A stretch of DNA of 64,000 nt from the NCBI RefSeq assembly GCF_020745735.1, contig NC_083416.1, forward strand, positions 29,168,543-29,232,542, in the 5' to 3' direction. The stretch's first letter is position 1; each line of letters begins with the position of its first letter. The notes under the pieces are model-generated. The model saw nothing but the letters and a program-made list of their open reading frames with translations. It did not search any database and was not told the origin of the DNA. The DNA comes from Hemiscyllium ocellatum. Lineage: Eukaryota. Shown one piece after another: positions 47,611 to 61,502 of this stretch. The position numbers and the translations under genes are program-made.

Positions 47611-50352
47611 TGATGCTAAGAATGTCTGTATTAAACAAAGATTCAATATTAATAAGTGATAGCCACTTGATTCAATGTTTTGGATATCGTAGATGGCTAA
47701 AATAAAGATGGCCTGAAGAAAATATAGAAAAAAGTATTATTTATTGGAAGCAATTGTATTTAAACTGTGGTATTTTAATTGCCTCAGACTAATTTGAATC
47801 CTGATGTGGAGGTGTTGAACTGGGGTAGACAATGTCAGAAGTCACATGACATCAGGTTACAGTCCAACATTTGTATTTGAAACCACAAGCTTTCAGATCA
47901 TAGCCCCTTCAAGTGAAGTGAGAGAATAGCACACGGATGCAGGCGTTATATGCAGAGAAATCAATGGCTTTGTCTCTTGATATTAACTCTTGTTTCTTTC
48001 TCCACAGGTGCTGCCAGAGCAGCTGAGTTTCTGGAATTTTTGATTCTTATTTCAGATTTCCCAGCATCCATATCTTATTGTCGTTATAGGACCCTTCAAG
48101 TTCTCTTTCTTCACCTGGAGGAAAGTGTATGTGTGAAGGGGCTAAGGAAGGAAGTTCTGTTGTGTTGGAAAGAAAGTCTAAAATTGCTGCTTGCGTGAGC
48201 AGAATTGAGGGAGATCTGGAAAAGTGTTTTCTATACTCATGGAAAATGGGTGTAATAAAACTATTGTCAGTTGGGGATACATGTATAACACTTGCAGGAA
48301 TACATGTGTAACACCTGCCTGGTCAGAACAGAGTTTTGAGGAACTGTATAACTGAGATTAATGTTATTGATGCCAAAGGAGCTGCGAATCAATCTGTAAG
48401 ATGTATTTTTGCTGTATCAGTTATTTACCCTTTAATTTATAATCTCTACTGAACACAATTTATTATGGATTTATGTTTATTTTTGGTTTGATTGCTGGTG
48501 TCAAACTTTAAAAAGTAAGGTATTGTCCATTAGTTTCCTCCACTGGGATTGTTTGTTAAATTCAGTTCGTTCATGTTATTGATCTCAAGCATCATAACAT
48601 CTGAAATAGCAGACATTCACCCAACTTGCATTGCTGTTGACATATCTAGATCATGTTTAGTAACCTCCAGACATTATCCATTGATCTGCGACCTTTTATG
48701 AACTCCATCTGGTCCTCCTTAATGGTGCAGCAGTACAGTTTCCAGCCTTAGTGCCAAAGTCTTAGATAGGATTTTGAAGTCGACATTCAGAGCAAAATGG
48801 ACCTATAGGAAGCACAGTCTCTGGGGCCTTCCCTTTTTTTAAGAATGAGAGAGATGTTCATCTCTTTTAAAGGTGGTGGGAGGAGGTCACAATTATGTGA
48901 GTCATTAAACGTACTAAGCATCGACCATGACAACACACTTATAAATTCCTTATGGAACTCACTGGAAAGCCCGTCAGTACCAGGCGCCTTTCCATTCTGG
49001 AGCTGCCTCACAGCCTTCTGCACCTCTTGTTCTGACAACGGGGCATTGAGGAGAGACTCTTGTTCAGGGATCACTCCCAGAAGGTCCAAATTCTTAAAAA
49101 AGAGACTCTGTCCTAACCCGCCCATCTCACAGCTTTCAGATTAGCATAGTTCAGAGTAAAATTTCCTAAATGCTGTATTAATCCTTTCAGGATCGCAGGT
49201 TAAATTTCCAGTGTCCTCCCTAATTGAGGTAATGGCTTGGGAGGCACTCCTTTTCCTGGCAAGGTACGCTAAGTACTCGCCTGGCTTAACCCTGTGCTCA
49301 AACAGCCTTTGGTTTGCAAATATAAGCTCCCTCTTGGCTGTCCGTGTGAGCATGGAGTTCAGTATAGAGCAAAGCGCTGTGATCCTCAGCAGTTTAGCCA
49401 GCGAGGGCCTGTCAAAATATGCTTTTTCAGCTGCTTTCAGACACATCTCGAACAAGCATTGCTGCTCACCCATCTGCTGCTTCTTACTGGCTGAGTAGGA
49501 AATAATTAATCTACTAGCATAGGCTTTAGCTGTTTCCCACAGAATGGATGGGGTACTGGCTGAGCCTGAATTAATACCTTTAAAAAAGCCCTGAACTCAG
49601 TAGAAAGAAATTTGATAAACTTGCTATCTTTGAGGATGAAGGGGTCCAGTTGCCAGTGCCACAAGCCTACCACAGGATCCTTACTCTTAACCATTAAATA
49701 CACTGGGCACAATCAAAAATAGTGATATTGCCAGATGTGCTGCGGGGTCAGAAAAAGATCTATCCTGGTATGGCATTTGTGTGGGTTTGAAAAGAATGTG
49801 AGACCCCTGCCTCCAAACATCCACCAATTCCAATTCAGCACACAAATCCCTTAATTGTTTAGATCATGAAGAAGATATCGGAGAGCCTTTGGGCAATCTG
49901 TCCCCCGTAGGATCTATTCGACAATTGAAGTCCCTATGATAATATGCTGAGATACAAGGTTAACCAGTCGAGAAAGTGCGTCCGTCTAGAATTTAAGGGG
50001 CTTGGCCAGGGGTCAGTAAACATTTTGGATCCCATATTCTTCCCTATGTATCAAAGCTTCAAGGATTACAAATCTCCCGTGTGTGTCTTTAATAGACTCT
50101 AACAACTTAAATGGGATATTCTGTCTGACTAAAATGCGCCCCCCACCCCCCCCCACTCCTCGTATTGAAAGATGAGAAATAAACCGCATCATAACCATTC
50201 TTCTGCAGCTTCAAATGCTCTGCATCATCTATGTGTGTTTCTTGTAATAAGGCAACATCCACCCTTTCCCTTTTAATACTGGAAAGTACCTTCTTCCTCT
50301 TGACCAGCAAATGATTCCCCTTAATATTCCAGGTGCACCACTTAACCACATA

Positions 50353-50485
50353 GGAGAAAGTGAGGACTGCAGATGCTGGAGATCAGAGCTGAAAATGTGT
50401 TGCTGGAAAGGCGCAGCAGGTCAGGCAGCATCCAAGGAACAGGAGAATCGACGTTTCGGGCATGAGCCCTTCTTCAGGACTATAA
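50353..50485 (-). mobile_element. Solo Neptune-type terminal repeat inserted at the L1 ORF2 start; intact hammerhead motif at 50447-50480
   Basis: Reverse complement GTC-CTGAAGA-A-GGGC(tcat)GCCC-GAAA-CG-TC-GAT. Confidence 0.8.
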
Positions 50486-50838
50486 CCTTCCATAGCGCCA
50501 TTTAGACTCCAGGGAGGAAGAACCCGAACTACAGATCGCTGAGCTTTAATGCAAAAGAATCCACAAAACCCAAAAACCACATAAACTAAAATAACTACAG
50601 CCAATAAATCTACAAAACCTACAAAAACTATTTACAGCAAAAATAGGAAAACAAAAAATCGCCAAAGGCACTGATTGGAGGAATCTACACCCCATTCAAA
50701 GGGGGTACCTACACGTCCTACAACCCTACTAACCATCCCAACTGCCCTCTCAACTCCTATCAGCTAGGGTCGCGCCACATACACCAACAACCCGGTAGAG
50801 AAAAAAAAAACATGAAGAAGATTAGTACTAAAGCCAAG

Positions 50839-51595
50839 ATTTGGAGATGCCGGTATTGGACTGGGGTGTACAAAGTTAAAAATCACACAACACCAGGTTA
50901 TAGTCCAACAGGTTTAATTGGAAGCACACTGGCTTTCGGAGCGACGGTCCTTCATCAGGTGATTGTGGAGGGCTCGATCGTAACACAGAATTTATAGCAA
51001 AAATTTGCAGTGCGATGTAACTGAAATTATACATTGAAAAACTGATTGTCTGTTAAGCCTTTCATCTGTTAGAATACAGTGATAGTTTCACTTCTTTCAT
51101 GTGTAAATCACAAAACCCTTTTTTTAAAAGTTGCATTCTCGGGTTAGCTGTTAACAATGGTGATAGCTAGACAATATGTTGAAGGTGTTAGCCCCCTGTG
51201 TTCTCTGTCTATGACCTGATGTTTAGATTGATTCTAATCTAAAAAGTGAGATAACAGAGTTTTACAAAATTCCTGCAGTTTTTGAGCTTAGAGTTCTACA
51301 TGAATGTATGCAGTTTTTGAGCAAAGTGCAATGTAACTCTGCAAGTACAAATTCACCCCACAAAATATATGTGTGCATGTGGGTCTTTGTCTGTGTGTGT
51401 GTGTGTGTGTGTCTGGGGTGGGGGTTGTGAGTGTGAGAAAGTGTGTGTGTGTGTGTGTGTCTTAAGTCTGTGAGGGGGTGCATGTGTGAGTGTGGGAGTG
51501 TGTGTGTCTATAAGGGTGTGTGTGGGTGTCTGTGTGCGCATCTGTGTGTACCTGTGTCCGTGTGTATGTGAGAGTATGTATAGCTCACTATAGCT
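50839..51595 (-). mobile_element. Family 3 PLE 3' end with (TG)n tracts, inserted between L1 ORF1 and ORF2
   Basis: 13-bp TSD TACTA(A/T)AGCCAAG (50826-50838, 51596-51608); same terminal repeat as 14808, 21232 and 57056. Confidence 0.8.
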
Positions 51596-53216
51596 TACTA
51601 TAGCCAAGTAAGCTAAAAATAAATATGTCACTCATCCCTTAACATAACTTAGAGATTAAAAATAAATATTCTATCCATCCCAGTCATCATTTAAAGTAAC
51701 TTATTACCAGAAAGGAGATTTTATCAAGTCCTTTTTAAAGGAAAACAAATCCGAACAGCTCTGTCCTCTACACCTATTTGGCCATTTGACTTAAGTCAAT
51801 GTGTCCACAAAGTTCTTCGCTTTCTCTGATGTATGGATCCATTATGATTGATCCAAAGCACCGCTGGATATCTTATACAATACTGGATCCCAAGCTCTGT
51901 CAGTCTCGTCTTGATGCCATCATTGGACTTCCTTTTGCAGACTACTGAGAAGTTTTGAAAGAACATGACCCTGGAGCTGCCACATACCAATGCACTCGTA
52001 TCCCACCGTGGGCTCTAGCAGCTTCCATGACCCTCTGCTTGTCTTGATCAAACCTCACCAGGACAGGGTGTTGGCACTGACCGCACCTGGTTTTTGTGCC
52101 ACGGACCAATGTTCTCTCTCAATTGTTACCCTAACAGGTAATCCACCTAACAGGATGCCGCCACTTGGATTCCCCTCATATGAAAAATTTTGATGGAGTG
52201 AACAGGAGAAGACTATTTCCTCTGTTTTGAGAGTTGGGAATAAAGGAATGGAGATATGACTTTTAGATACAAAGATTAAGAAAGATTATTGCAGCTACAT
52301 TCCATTAAGAACATTCCCAGGGGATAAATTAAATATGTTAACTTTTCAAGATTGTGATATCTTCTATATAGAAAATATTTCCCTTGTGATAAAATTTATA
52401 ATGTTCTTGTTATTCTAATCTGGATTTTCCAGTTGTCAACATATTTAGCACTAATTTTAAAAGGACTGAGTCTAGCAATTCTCCCTTTGCCTATCTTTGC
52501 TCTATAGCCTAAAATACCTAAGGTGACAAGTGCTGCCTCAGTGCTAGAGTTCATATTGAAGATAATTTAAAAAGAGCTCATGTCAATCTCTTTTATAAGA
52601 GGACTGCACGTCACGTTTCAAGGGACAACCACACATCAGATAGCAGGAAATGGTTAGGAGTTTCCTGTTGTGTGAGGCAAATAGTGGTTATGACACATTC
52701 ACAGTGGCACAGTCTTCCCCAAGTTCCATGCACATTAGATGGCCTCACAATGACCTGCATGGTTAATACTGGAGGATGGCAGTGGGCATGATCATGGTGA
52801 TACTACCTAGGTTATATCTCATGTATTGCAATCAAAGTTTCTAAGAAAGCTTTTACTTAACCCTGCCTGAACTGGTTTCAGATGATTATTGGTTCCAAGA
52901 TTGTTTTCAGCACCACAGTTTTACTGCTTGCTTCTTCATTTTTTTTCTCTCTGTGAATGAACCAGTTTAGCAGTTCTTTTTGGATCAAGATATCTAACAT
53001 AGTTAATATTGACTCGTCCCTGAGGTAATTTGAAATACAACGGAAATCCTACAAGAGATTCAATGAGAATAAAAAGGCATTATTGTTCATCCAGGGCACA
53101 CATCTCTGATTATTTCATGCATATGATGCATAAAATAACAAGTGTAAGCTCATATAAAGGAATTTTTTTTTTGTTCAGCACCAGAAAAATATTTGTCGTG
53201 AGACTGAATCATAATA

Positions 53217-54663
53217 CAGTCTGTTCTGCTTTAACGCGGCAGTTGCATTCTCATGCAAACTAGTGTTACAGAAAATCACGCAATAGAAATAATGGGGCCT
53301 ATGGGAAAAATAGGGTTGGAGGTGAACCACCAAAATATCAATAAAAATCAAAACAAAAACAGTAGTTAACCTAACATAAACAATAGCACATCAATGTTAA
53401 AATCATAAATTTTCATGAAGTAATACAATAAGTTTAACACTTTAAGGGGTTTCAGAGTTTGCTGAGTTACAGTACTGCATTTAGACAGCAGCTGAGGGTC
53501 ATCATTAGCATCATCATTACTTCCAGATGCTGTTCTGGATGCAGGGTTATGATGAAAGAAAATATTTAGTCCAGAGTGGATGACTGTGACTTATTTTCCT
53601 CAGACTCTTTCTTAGGGGTTGGATTAAAAAAGGCATCTAGTTTTTGCAGCTTTGCCATCTTTCTTCTTTCATGAAGAAATTGTTCCTAAGGTGCAAGATA
53701 GGACTTTATGCCACAAGTTGCTATCCTGTGTTCTGCATTGTAGTCATTGTCTTCTAAGATCTGCAACTGTTTCTCGGTTTCCCTCAGGATAGAAGACAGA
53801 AGAGAAATGGAAAGATCTTCTGGTGCTGCATCCTGGAGACTTCTTTGTCTTCATCTCGAGCTTCAATTCCCCCTGTAGCAATAAGTTGTAGATCAGTCTC
53901 CACTTCTTCAAGTCCAATTTGCTTTGCAGGAGCGACACAATGTTCATTGATTGCTGGAAGCTCCTCTGATGATTCAATGTTTTTAATGTTGTGAAGAAAA
54001 TCTGAGAGAAGCTTCCATCAAACTGCATGCAAGCAGTCCTTACTGACATCACCCCAGGCCTCCACAATGATATCAATAGTATTCTTAATGTTAAAACCCT
54101 TCCAAAATTGAAGAACACTGTTCTCATTATCCCCCTCATTAGCAGTAATCAGCTTCCTGAATGTGTGCCTTAAATTATAAACTTTAAAAGCTGCTGTTGT
54201 ACCCTGGTCCATGGGTTGAAGGAGAGAGGTTGTGTTCAGAGGTAGAAATAGCACTTTGATGTTTTCAGAAAGCTCACCAATGGTGGGAGGATGGCTTGGT
54301 GCATTATCCAGAAACTTGAAACCCAAATCTTTTCTCCTGCAATAATTTCTAAAAACATGTCAGAAAACATCAACAATAAGGTCAGAAAAAATTTGCGCCG
54401 TCATCCACCTCTTCTGCTTGACCTGAAGTAAATAGGCCTTTTGCCCGAAACGTCGATTTCGCTGCTTGTTGGATGCTGCCTGAACTGTTGTGCTCTTCTA
54501 GCACCACTGATCCAGAATCTGAAGTAAATATCCAGAGGTAACTGGGGATGGAATCGTGTAATAGCTAATGGGAGTTCGTGTTTTAAAAAAAAGTTTCCTA
54601 ATTCACCAACCGCATTACAACCAAATCACATTGACAAAACATGCATTATAGGAGAATGATCTG
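53217..54663 (-). mobile_element. pogo/Tigger DNA transposon, internally deleted
   Basis: ORF 54018-54326 LDNAPSHP..FLPLNTTSLLQPMDQG..AFK (DDE_1 type); TA-flanked degenerate TIRs CAGTCTGTTCTGCTTTAACGC / GCATTATAGGAGAATGATCTG. Confidence 0.85.
54435..54518 (+). mobile_element. 84-bp PLE terminal-repeat fragment inside the Tigger element
   Basis: Starts in hammerhead stem II (ggccttttgcccGAAACGTCga); 12-bp TSD CTGAAGTAAATA (54423-54434, 54519-54530). Confidence 0.75.
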
Positions 54664-57055
54664 TAGCCCTCATCAATTCTTTACTAACATTAAAAACAAA
54701 AACAGCATTTGGATGCCAGCGAGAAAGCTTTAATGTAGAAAACCATATGAGAGCTAAATGGAGCCACACTGTTTCCTAAAATGAAAGTACTTGCATGTGA
54801 AATCTAAACATTTGACAGTTGTGCCAATATGTTGTTGACATTTGCATATTTGAAAAGTGTTGCAGAGATTGGAAATGAAAAACAAGTTTAAAAAATAAAT
54901 TCTAATATTAACTGCCTTTCCATTAAAATATATCCATTAAATTAAATTTGAGACCATACTACTCATTTATGAAGTGATAAGTAACCTGTTTTCTAATTTT
55001 GGCATCCGCAGTACTGCATCCAAGAGTACAAACCATGTTTGTTATGACAGTTTCCACCAGTTATTGCTATTGTCAGCACTGTTGATGGCCACAGCACAAA
55101 AAAGTAGAAATTAACCCCAAATAGGTATGTACTCTAAAACAAAGAAGAAGCTTGCTTTTATATAATACCCCATGACAATGAAAAGTGTCTCAAAGCCAAT
55201 TAAGTTCTTTTGATATATAGTCACTATTGATGTATAGGGAAATGCAGAACACAATTTATGCACAGTAAACATCCACAAACAGCAATGCCTATTTTATTGA
55301 TGTTGATTGATGGATGTTGGCTGGAATGCTGAAAAAAGTCCTCTGTTCTGGAAAGGAGATAACTCTGTATTTGATGGATGGGTTTCAGCCTAGAGGGCTG
55401 AATTTAATGTACCTCCAAAAGTGGACTAGGAAGCAGGATAAACCATACAATATGGCAAGAAGATAGAGTGTGGAGATCCAGTCCTCATCCCAACTTACCT
55501 CAATTAAGTCCAGAGTGGGAAAGTTTAAGGACAGCTGTACTATCCAAGGGCAGTAAGTGGCTTGAAGAGAGGGCAAGGACTCACAGTAGTGGAAGTGCAA
55601 GACAAAATGGGATGGACATGGCCAATGGGAAGTGAATCCTTGAACCAGGAAAAAGGAAGAAATATCAGAAATATCAGTATGGAAGTTGACATCATTAGAA
55701 CAGATACAATAGAGAGAGAAAAAAAACTGAGAAATTTGAATACAGTGAATGATAGCAAGTTTGAAGAGTGTAGCTGTAAAAGTCAGTAGGTTCTAGTAAT
55801 TATTCGTCAATAGCCATACTTCTAATACTGGTCAAGATGCAACTAAGTTTTTGACAACTTATATCATAATAAAGATAAAAGCCCTCATATTCTTGACATT
55901 TGTTCATTGTTATTTTCAGCAGTTAGTGGGTCAGTTAGTTTGGTTGCCCAGTTAGTTTGTAATGCAGAGTAATACCAACAGTCTGGGTTCAGTTCTGCAT
56001 TGACTGAGGTTACCATGAAGGACACTCCTTCTTAACCTCTCCCTTCACCCAAAATGTGGTGATCCACAAGTTAAATCACCACCACCACTTGTCTCTTTCA
56101 AATGAGAGCAGCCCTAAAGTAGCTTTTTATTTTCACCAAATGGTGGCGAAAACATTTGCTTTCCTGCACAATCCCATGCAATTGTCAACAAATATGAGTG
56201 CCAGTAGGCAGAAAATAATACAAAACTATTTATATTGATGGTATTATAACACAAACGTTCTAGGTGGCTCAACATTTTGGTATTCCCAATTATTTTATAG
56301 TAAAGCAGTAGATTGTATATTAAATTCTGTGATTATTCATGCCATAAATTCCAAAGTTCATAAATTTAGCATAAAGCAAAGGTAAGCAGTGAAGTCAAGG
56401 AAAAAAAAATCAATGAATGCACCATTCTATTTTCTAATTTATTCAAGTGGTAGAATCAAGAGCTATATTGACATGGCCAATGAGATAATTTAATTTCACT
56501 CAAAGAAGGGAAGTAAAAAATGTGCCCAGGGGAAAATATTATTGTGTTGAAAATTTGCCTGTATCTGTTATACTTTCTCAATGTTGATTCAAATTGAAAA
56601 GTCATCAAATAATAAATGTCCTTACATAATGTAATATAGAAACAGAGAACAATCTTTCCTGGAAGCAAACAAGTAAGGCATCGGAATGAGTAAGGCATCA
56701 GAAAAGTGTTTTACTTTTCTATGAAATGGTATCAATTATCCACACTAGCCTGGAGACAATATGACAATTGGACCAGCAATTTAATGTTTTCAGTGGCATT
56801 ATGGACTTTAGACTTTTGTGCCTATCAGTGTAAGTGATTCAATCCATTTTAAATTTAATCTTCAGTCTACATTCCACAATTCCTGATATTTCCCATTTTT
56901 CATAATATTGTTTATGTCATCTTGCTCAGATGAATGTGATTAACATTTAGAGACAGCAAACTTTTGGGACAGGACAGGTAGATGACATAATTAGTTGATG
57001 CCCCACACTCTTAGTAATAAATAATTATCAATAGCAGTTACATACTATTAAACAT

Positions 57056-58377
57056 AGTTAAAAATCACACAACACCAGGTTATAGTCCTACAGGTTTAAT
57101 TGGAAGCACTAGCTTTCGGAGTGCTGTTCCTTCATCAAGTGGTTGTGGAGTGTCTGTGTGCATGTCTGTGTATAGGAGTGTCTGTGTGTGTGTGCGTAGG
57201 AGTGTGTATAGGAGCATGTGTGTGTCTCTGTGTGTATACAGTGCAATGGTGGTCACCTGTAGTATGACTGAACACAAGGTCCCAGTTGAGGCCCTCCCTA
57301 TGGGTACCGAACTTAGCTATCAGCCTCTGCTCGGCCATTTTTTGCTGCTGCCTGTCCCAAAGTCTGCCTTGAAGGATGGTCACCCAAAGGTCCAAGGTCA
57401 AATGTCCTGGACTGCTGAAGTGTTCTCCAACTGGGAGGGAACACTCCTGTCTGTTGATTGTTGTGTGGTGCTCAGTCATCCGTTGCCATAGCCTCTGCTC
57501 GGTTTCACCAATGTACCATGCCTAAAGGCATCCTTGCTTGCAGCGTATGAGATAGAGAACATTGGCTGAGTCGCATGAGTGCCTGCCACGTGCATGGTGG
57601 GAGGTGTTCCCACGCGTAATAGTGGTATCTATGTCTACACTCTGACATGTCTTGCAGCGCCTGCCTATAAGCACTCCTATATACACACACACAGACACTC
57701 TTATACACAGACACTCTTATACACAGACATGCACACACACACTCCTACAAACATATACACTCCCACACTCATACATGCACCCTCTCACAGACTGAGACCC
57801 CTATACACTCACGCACACACACTCTCTTTCACAGACACTCACAATGCCCTACCCCAGACACATACACACACGCACACATAAACATATACGTCTGTGGGGT
57901 GAATTTGTACTTGCAGAGTTACATTGTGCTTTGCTCAAAAACTTCATGAATCCATATAAGACTGTTTAACTCATTTCTTAGATTAGAAACAGTATAAACA
58001 TTATGGCACAGACAACAGCACACAGGGGATGAACACCTTCAACACATTTTCTGGGCTGACACCAATTGTTAAAGTAAACCTGAGAATAGTTTTGTGATTT
58101 ACATGTGAAAGAAGTGAAACTAACATGATCATTCGAACAGATGAGAGACTTACCAAACAATCAAGGTATTTTTCAATATATAATTTTAGTTACATCACGC
58201 TGTAAACCTTTGCTATAAATTCTGTGTCTTACAATCGTGTACTCCATAATCACCAGATGAAGGAGCAGCGCTCCGAAAGCTAGTGCTTCTAATTAAACCT
58301 GTTGGACTATAACCTGGCATTGTGTGGTTTTTTAACTTTGTACACCTCAGTCCAACACCGGCATCTCCAAATTATGG
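57056..58377. mobile_element. Family 3 fold-back PLE with GIY-YIG remnant
   Basis: 11-bp TSD CTATTAAACAT (57045-57055, 58378-58388); inverted terminal arms; ORF 57135-57479 (-) PVGEHFSSPGH..AEQRLIAKFGT..GLN is a PLE endonuclease C-terminus. Confidence 0.88.
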
Positions 58378-58884
58378 CTATTAAACATGATAAAATTTGC
58401 TTGAACATCAATGAGCACTCAGAATAATTTTATATTGGCTTCAACTATACAATGAATAGAACAAGATGTTTGTTTTCAGAGATATTTTCAGAGATAAATT
58501 ATTTTAACAAACTTCACATGAAACAATATTGGTTTTGTCATCTAATTACTTCATTGCATTACTATCTCCATTATATCCATTCACTACAACATTCAGTAAT
58601 TAATCACACCAAATTACATTTTCATTCTAGCTTAGTAACAATAAAAACACTTGAACCAAAGTTGAGAATGACTGATTGAAAAATTTTAATTCAGCTTAGG
58701 GCTTTCATTTCCAAATGTTTACATTAATGTTCATTAGGTTCAAGAAATGTCTATCTGGACTCAAATACACACTTTTCAGTATGAATAAACTTCCAAGTTG
58801 TACCAAAAGGATGCCTTTTAAGGGAAATGAAAAAGTTTAATATGATGCAATATGCATTCTAATGATATCAAGAGTAAGAATAAG

Positions 58885-59368
58885 GCCATAAGATGTAGGA
58901 GCAGAAGTAAACTATTCAGCCCACCAACTGCTGTTCAGTTAGGTTATGGCTCAGATGACAATCCTCAATCTACTTTTTGGCAGTTTCTCGAGAACCCTTG
59001 ATTCATTTACCGATTAAAAGTCTACTTCAGATGTGAATATATGTGACATTCCAGCCTTGGCAACCCTCTGCAGTAAAGAATTCCACAGATTCACTACTGT
59101 CTGAGAGCTGAGAGAAGATATTCCTCTGTCTTAAATGTGTGACTCCATATTCTGAGGTGATGCCCTCTGATTCTTGACTTTCCCTTAAGGGAAAGCAACT
59201 TCTCCGCATCAAGCCTGTGAAGTCTCCTAACAATCTTGTGTGTTTCAATAAGGCCACCTCTCATTCTTTTATATTCAAATGATTACAGACTCAATCTACT
59301 CAACTTATCCTCATAAAACAGTCCTTCTATGCCTGGCATCAGTCGAGTGAACATTCTCTGGACTGTTT
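58885..59368 (-). mobile_element. Old CR1 3' fragment (continues at about 61503-61710 beyond the young CR1)
   Basis: 3' UTR and RT C-terminal remnants; ORF 61511-61708 KANGMLVFI..LYNALVRP. Confidence 0.65.
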
Positions 59369-61502
59369 ACATAGAACATAGAACATAGAAAGATACAGCG
59401 CAGTACAGGCCCTTCGGCCCTCGATGTTGCGCCGACCGAATCCTACCTAACCTACACTAGCCCAATAACTTCCAAATGCCTATCCAATGCCCGCTTAAAT
59501 GACCATAAAGAAGGAGAGTTCACCACTGATACGGGCAGGGCATTCCATGAACTCACAACCCGCTGTGTAAAGAATCTACCCCTAACATCTGTCCTATACC
59601 TACCACCCCTTAATTTAAAGCTGTGTCCCCTAGTAACACCTGACTCCATTAGCGGTAAAAGGTTCTCAGTGTCGACCCTATCTAAACCCCTAATCATCTT
59701 ATACACCTCTATCAAATCTCCCCTAAACCTTCTCTTCTCCAATGAGAACAGCCCCAAGTGCCTCAGCCTTTCCTCATAAGATTTTCCTACCATTCCAGGC
59801 AACATCCTGGTAAACCTCCTCTGCACTCGTTCCAATGCCTCCACATCCTTCCTATAGTATGGCGACCAAAACTGCACACAATACTCCAGATGAGGCCGCA
59901 CCAGAGTCTTATACAGTTGCAACATGACCTCAGGACTCCGGAACTCAATTGCTCTACCAATAAAGCCCAGTACACCATATGCCTTCCTCATAGCACTATT
60001 TACCTGGGTGGCAACTTTCAGAGATCTGTGTACATGGACACCAAGATCCCTCTGCTCATCCACACTACCAAGTAGCCTACCATTAGTCCAGTAATCCATC
60101 TTCTTGTTACTCCTACCAAAGTGAATGACTTCACACTTAGCTACATTGAATTCCATTTGCCACATTTCTGCCCAGCTCTGCAACTTATCTATATCCCGCT
60201 GTAACCTACCACTTCCTTCCTCACTATCCACAACTCCACCGACTTTTGTGTCATCCGCAAACTTGCTTACCCAGCTTTCAGGCCCTTCCTCTAGATCATT
60301 TATAAAGATAACAAAAAGCAATGGTCCCAAAACAGATCCTTGTGGTACACCGCTAGTAACTGCACTCCAAGATGAACATAGTCCATCAACTACTACCCTC
60401 TGTCTCCTTCCAGCCAGCCAATTCCTAATCCAAACCTCTAATGTATCCTCAATGCCATACCTCCGTAGTTTTAGCATTAGCCTACCATGGGGAACCTTAT
60501 CGAACGCCTTACTAAAATCCATATACACAACATCTACTGCTTTAACCTCGTCCACTTCCTTAGTCACCTTCTCAAAGAACTCAATAAGGTTTGTGAGGCA
60601 CGACCTGCCCTTCACAAAACCATGCTGGCTATCCTTGATCACGTTATTCCTATCCAGATGTTCATAAATCTTATCCCTTACCATTCTCTCTAAGACTTTG
60701 CCCACCACTGAAGTCAGACTCACTGGCCTATAGTTACTAGGGCTATCCCTACTCCCTTTCTTGAACAAGGGGACCACATTCGCTATCCTCCAGTCCTCTG
60801 GTACTATTCCCGTTGACAATGACGACATAAAAATCCAGGCCAATGGCTCTGCTATCTCCTCCCTAGCTTCCCATAGGATCCTAGGGTAAATGCCATCAGG
60901 CCCAGGAGACTTATCTATTTTCATCCTCTCCAATATTCCCAGAACCTCTTCCCTGCATATTTCCAGGCCATCCATTCTAATCATTTGTGACTCCATATTC
61001 ACATCAGCAACAGTGTCCTGTTCCTGAGTGAATACTGATGAAAAGTATTGATTTAGTGTCTCTCCAATCTCCTCTGCCTCCACACACAACTTCCCACTAC
61101 TATCCTTGACTGGACCGATACCTACCCTAGTCATCCTTTTATTCCTGACATACCTATAGAAAGCCTTTGGGTTTTCCCTAATCCTACCAGCTAAAGACTT
61201 TTCATGTCCCCTTCTCGCTTCTCTTAGCTCTCTCTTTAGATCCTTCCTGGCTACCTTATAACTCTCTATCGCCCCAACTGAACCTTCACGCCTCATCTTT
61301 ACATATGCCGCCTTCTTCCCTTTCACAAGGGATTCCAATTCCTTACTAAACCACGGCTGCCTCACAAGGCCCTTTGCACCATGCCTGACTGGTACATACT
61401 TATCGAGGACACGTAGTAGCTGCTCCTTGAACAATCCCCACATCTCATTAGTGTTCTTCTCTTGAAGCCTGTTTTTCCAATCCACACATCCTAAGTCATG
61501 CC
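59369..61502 (-). mobile_element. Young 5'-truncated CR1-type LINE with an uninterrupted 677-codon ORF2 portion (59452-61485)
   Basis: KSPGPDG, NYRPVSLTS, QHGF, DFSKAFD, GVPQGSVLGP, FADD, no stops; (TTCTATG)n 3' tail. Confidence 0.95.

Larger units (their letters stand above)
48600..52165 (-). mobile_element. Decayed L1-clade LINE (ORF1 C-terminus, APE endonuclease, RT N-terminus)
   Basis: TWNIKG..RKKVL..DVALLQETH (50107-50349), GKAPGTDGLSSEF..ISLILK..SYRSI (48787-49125), ORF1-like FFQNFS..IRYPAVL (51796-51990). Confidence 0.85.

Noticed and set aside
51262-51631. His/Thr-rich ORFs here and at 57579-57881
   Set aside because: Translations of (CA)n microsatellite-like tracts within PLE ends.
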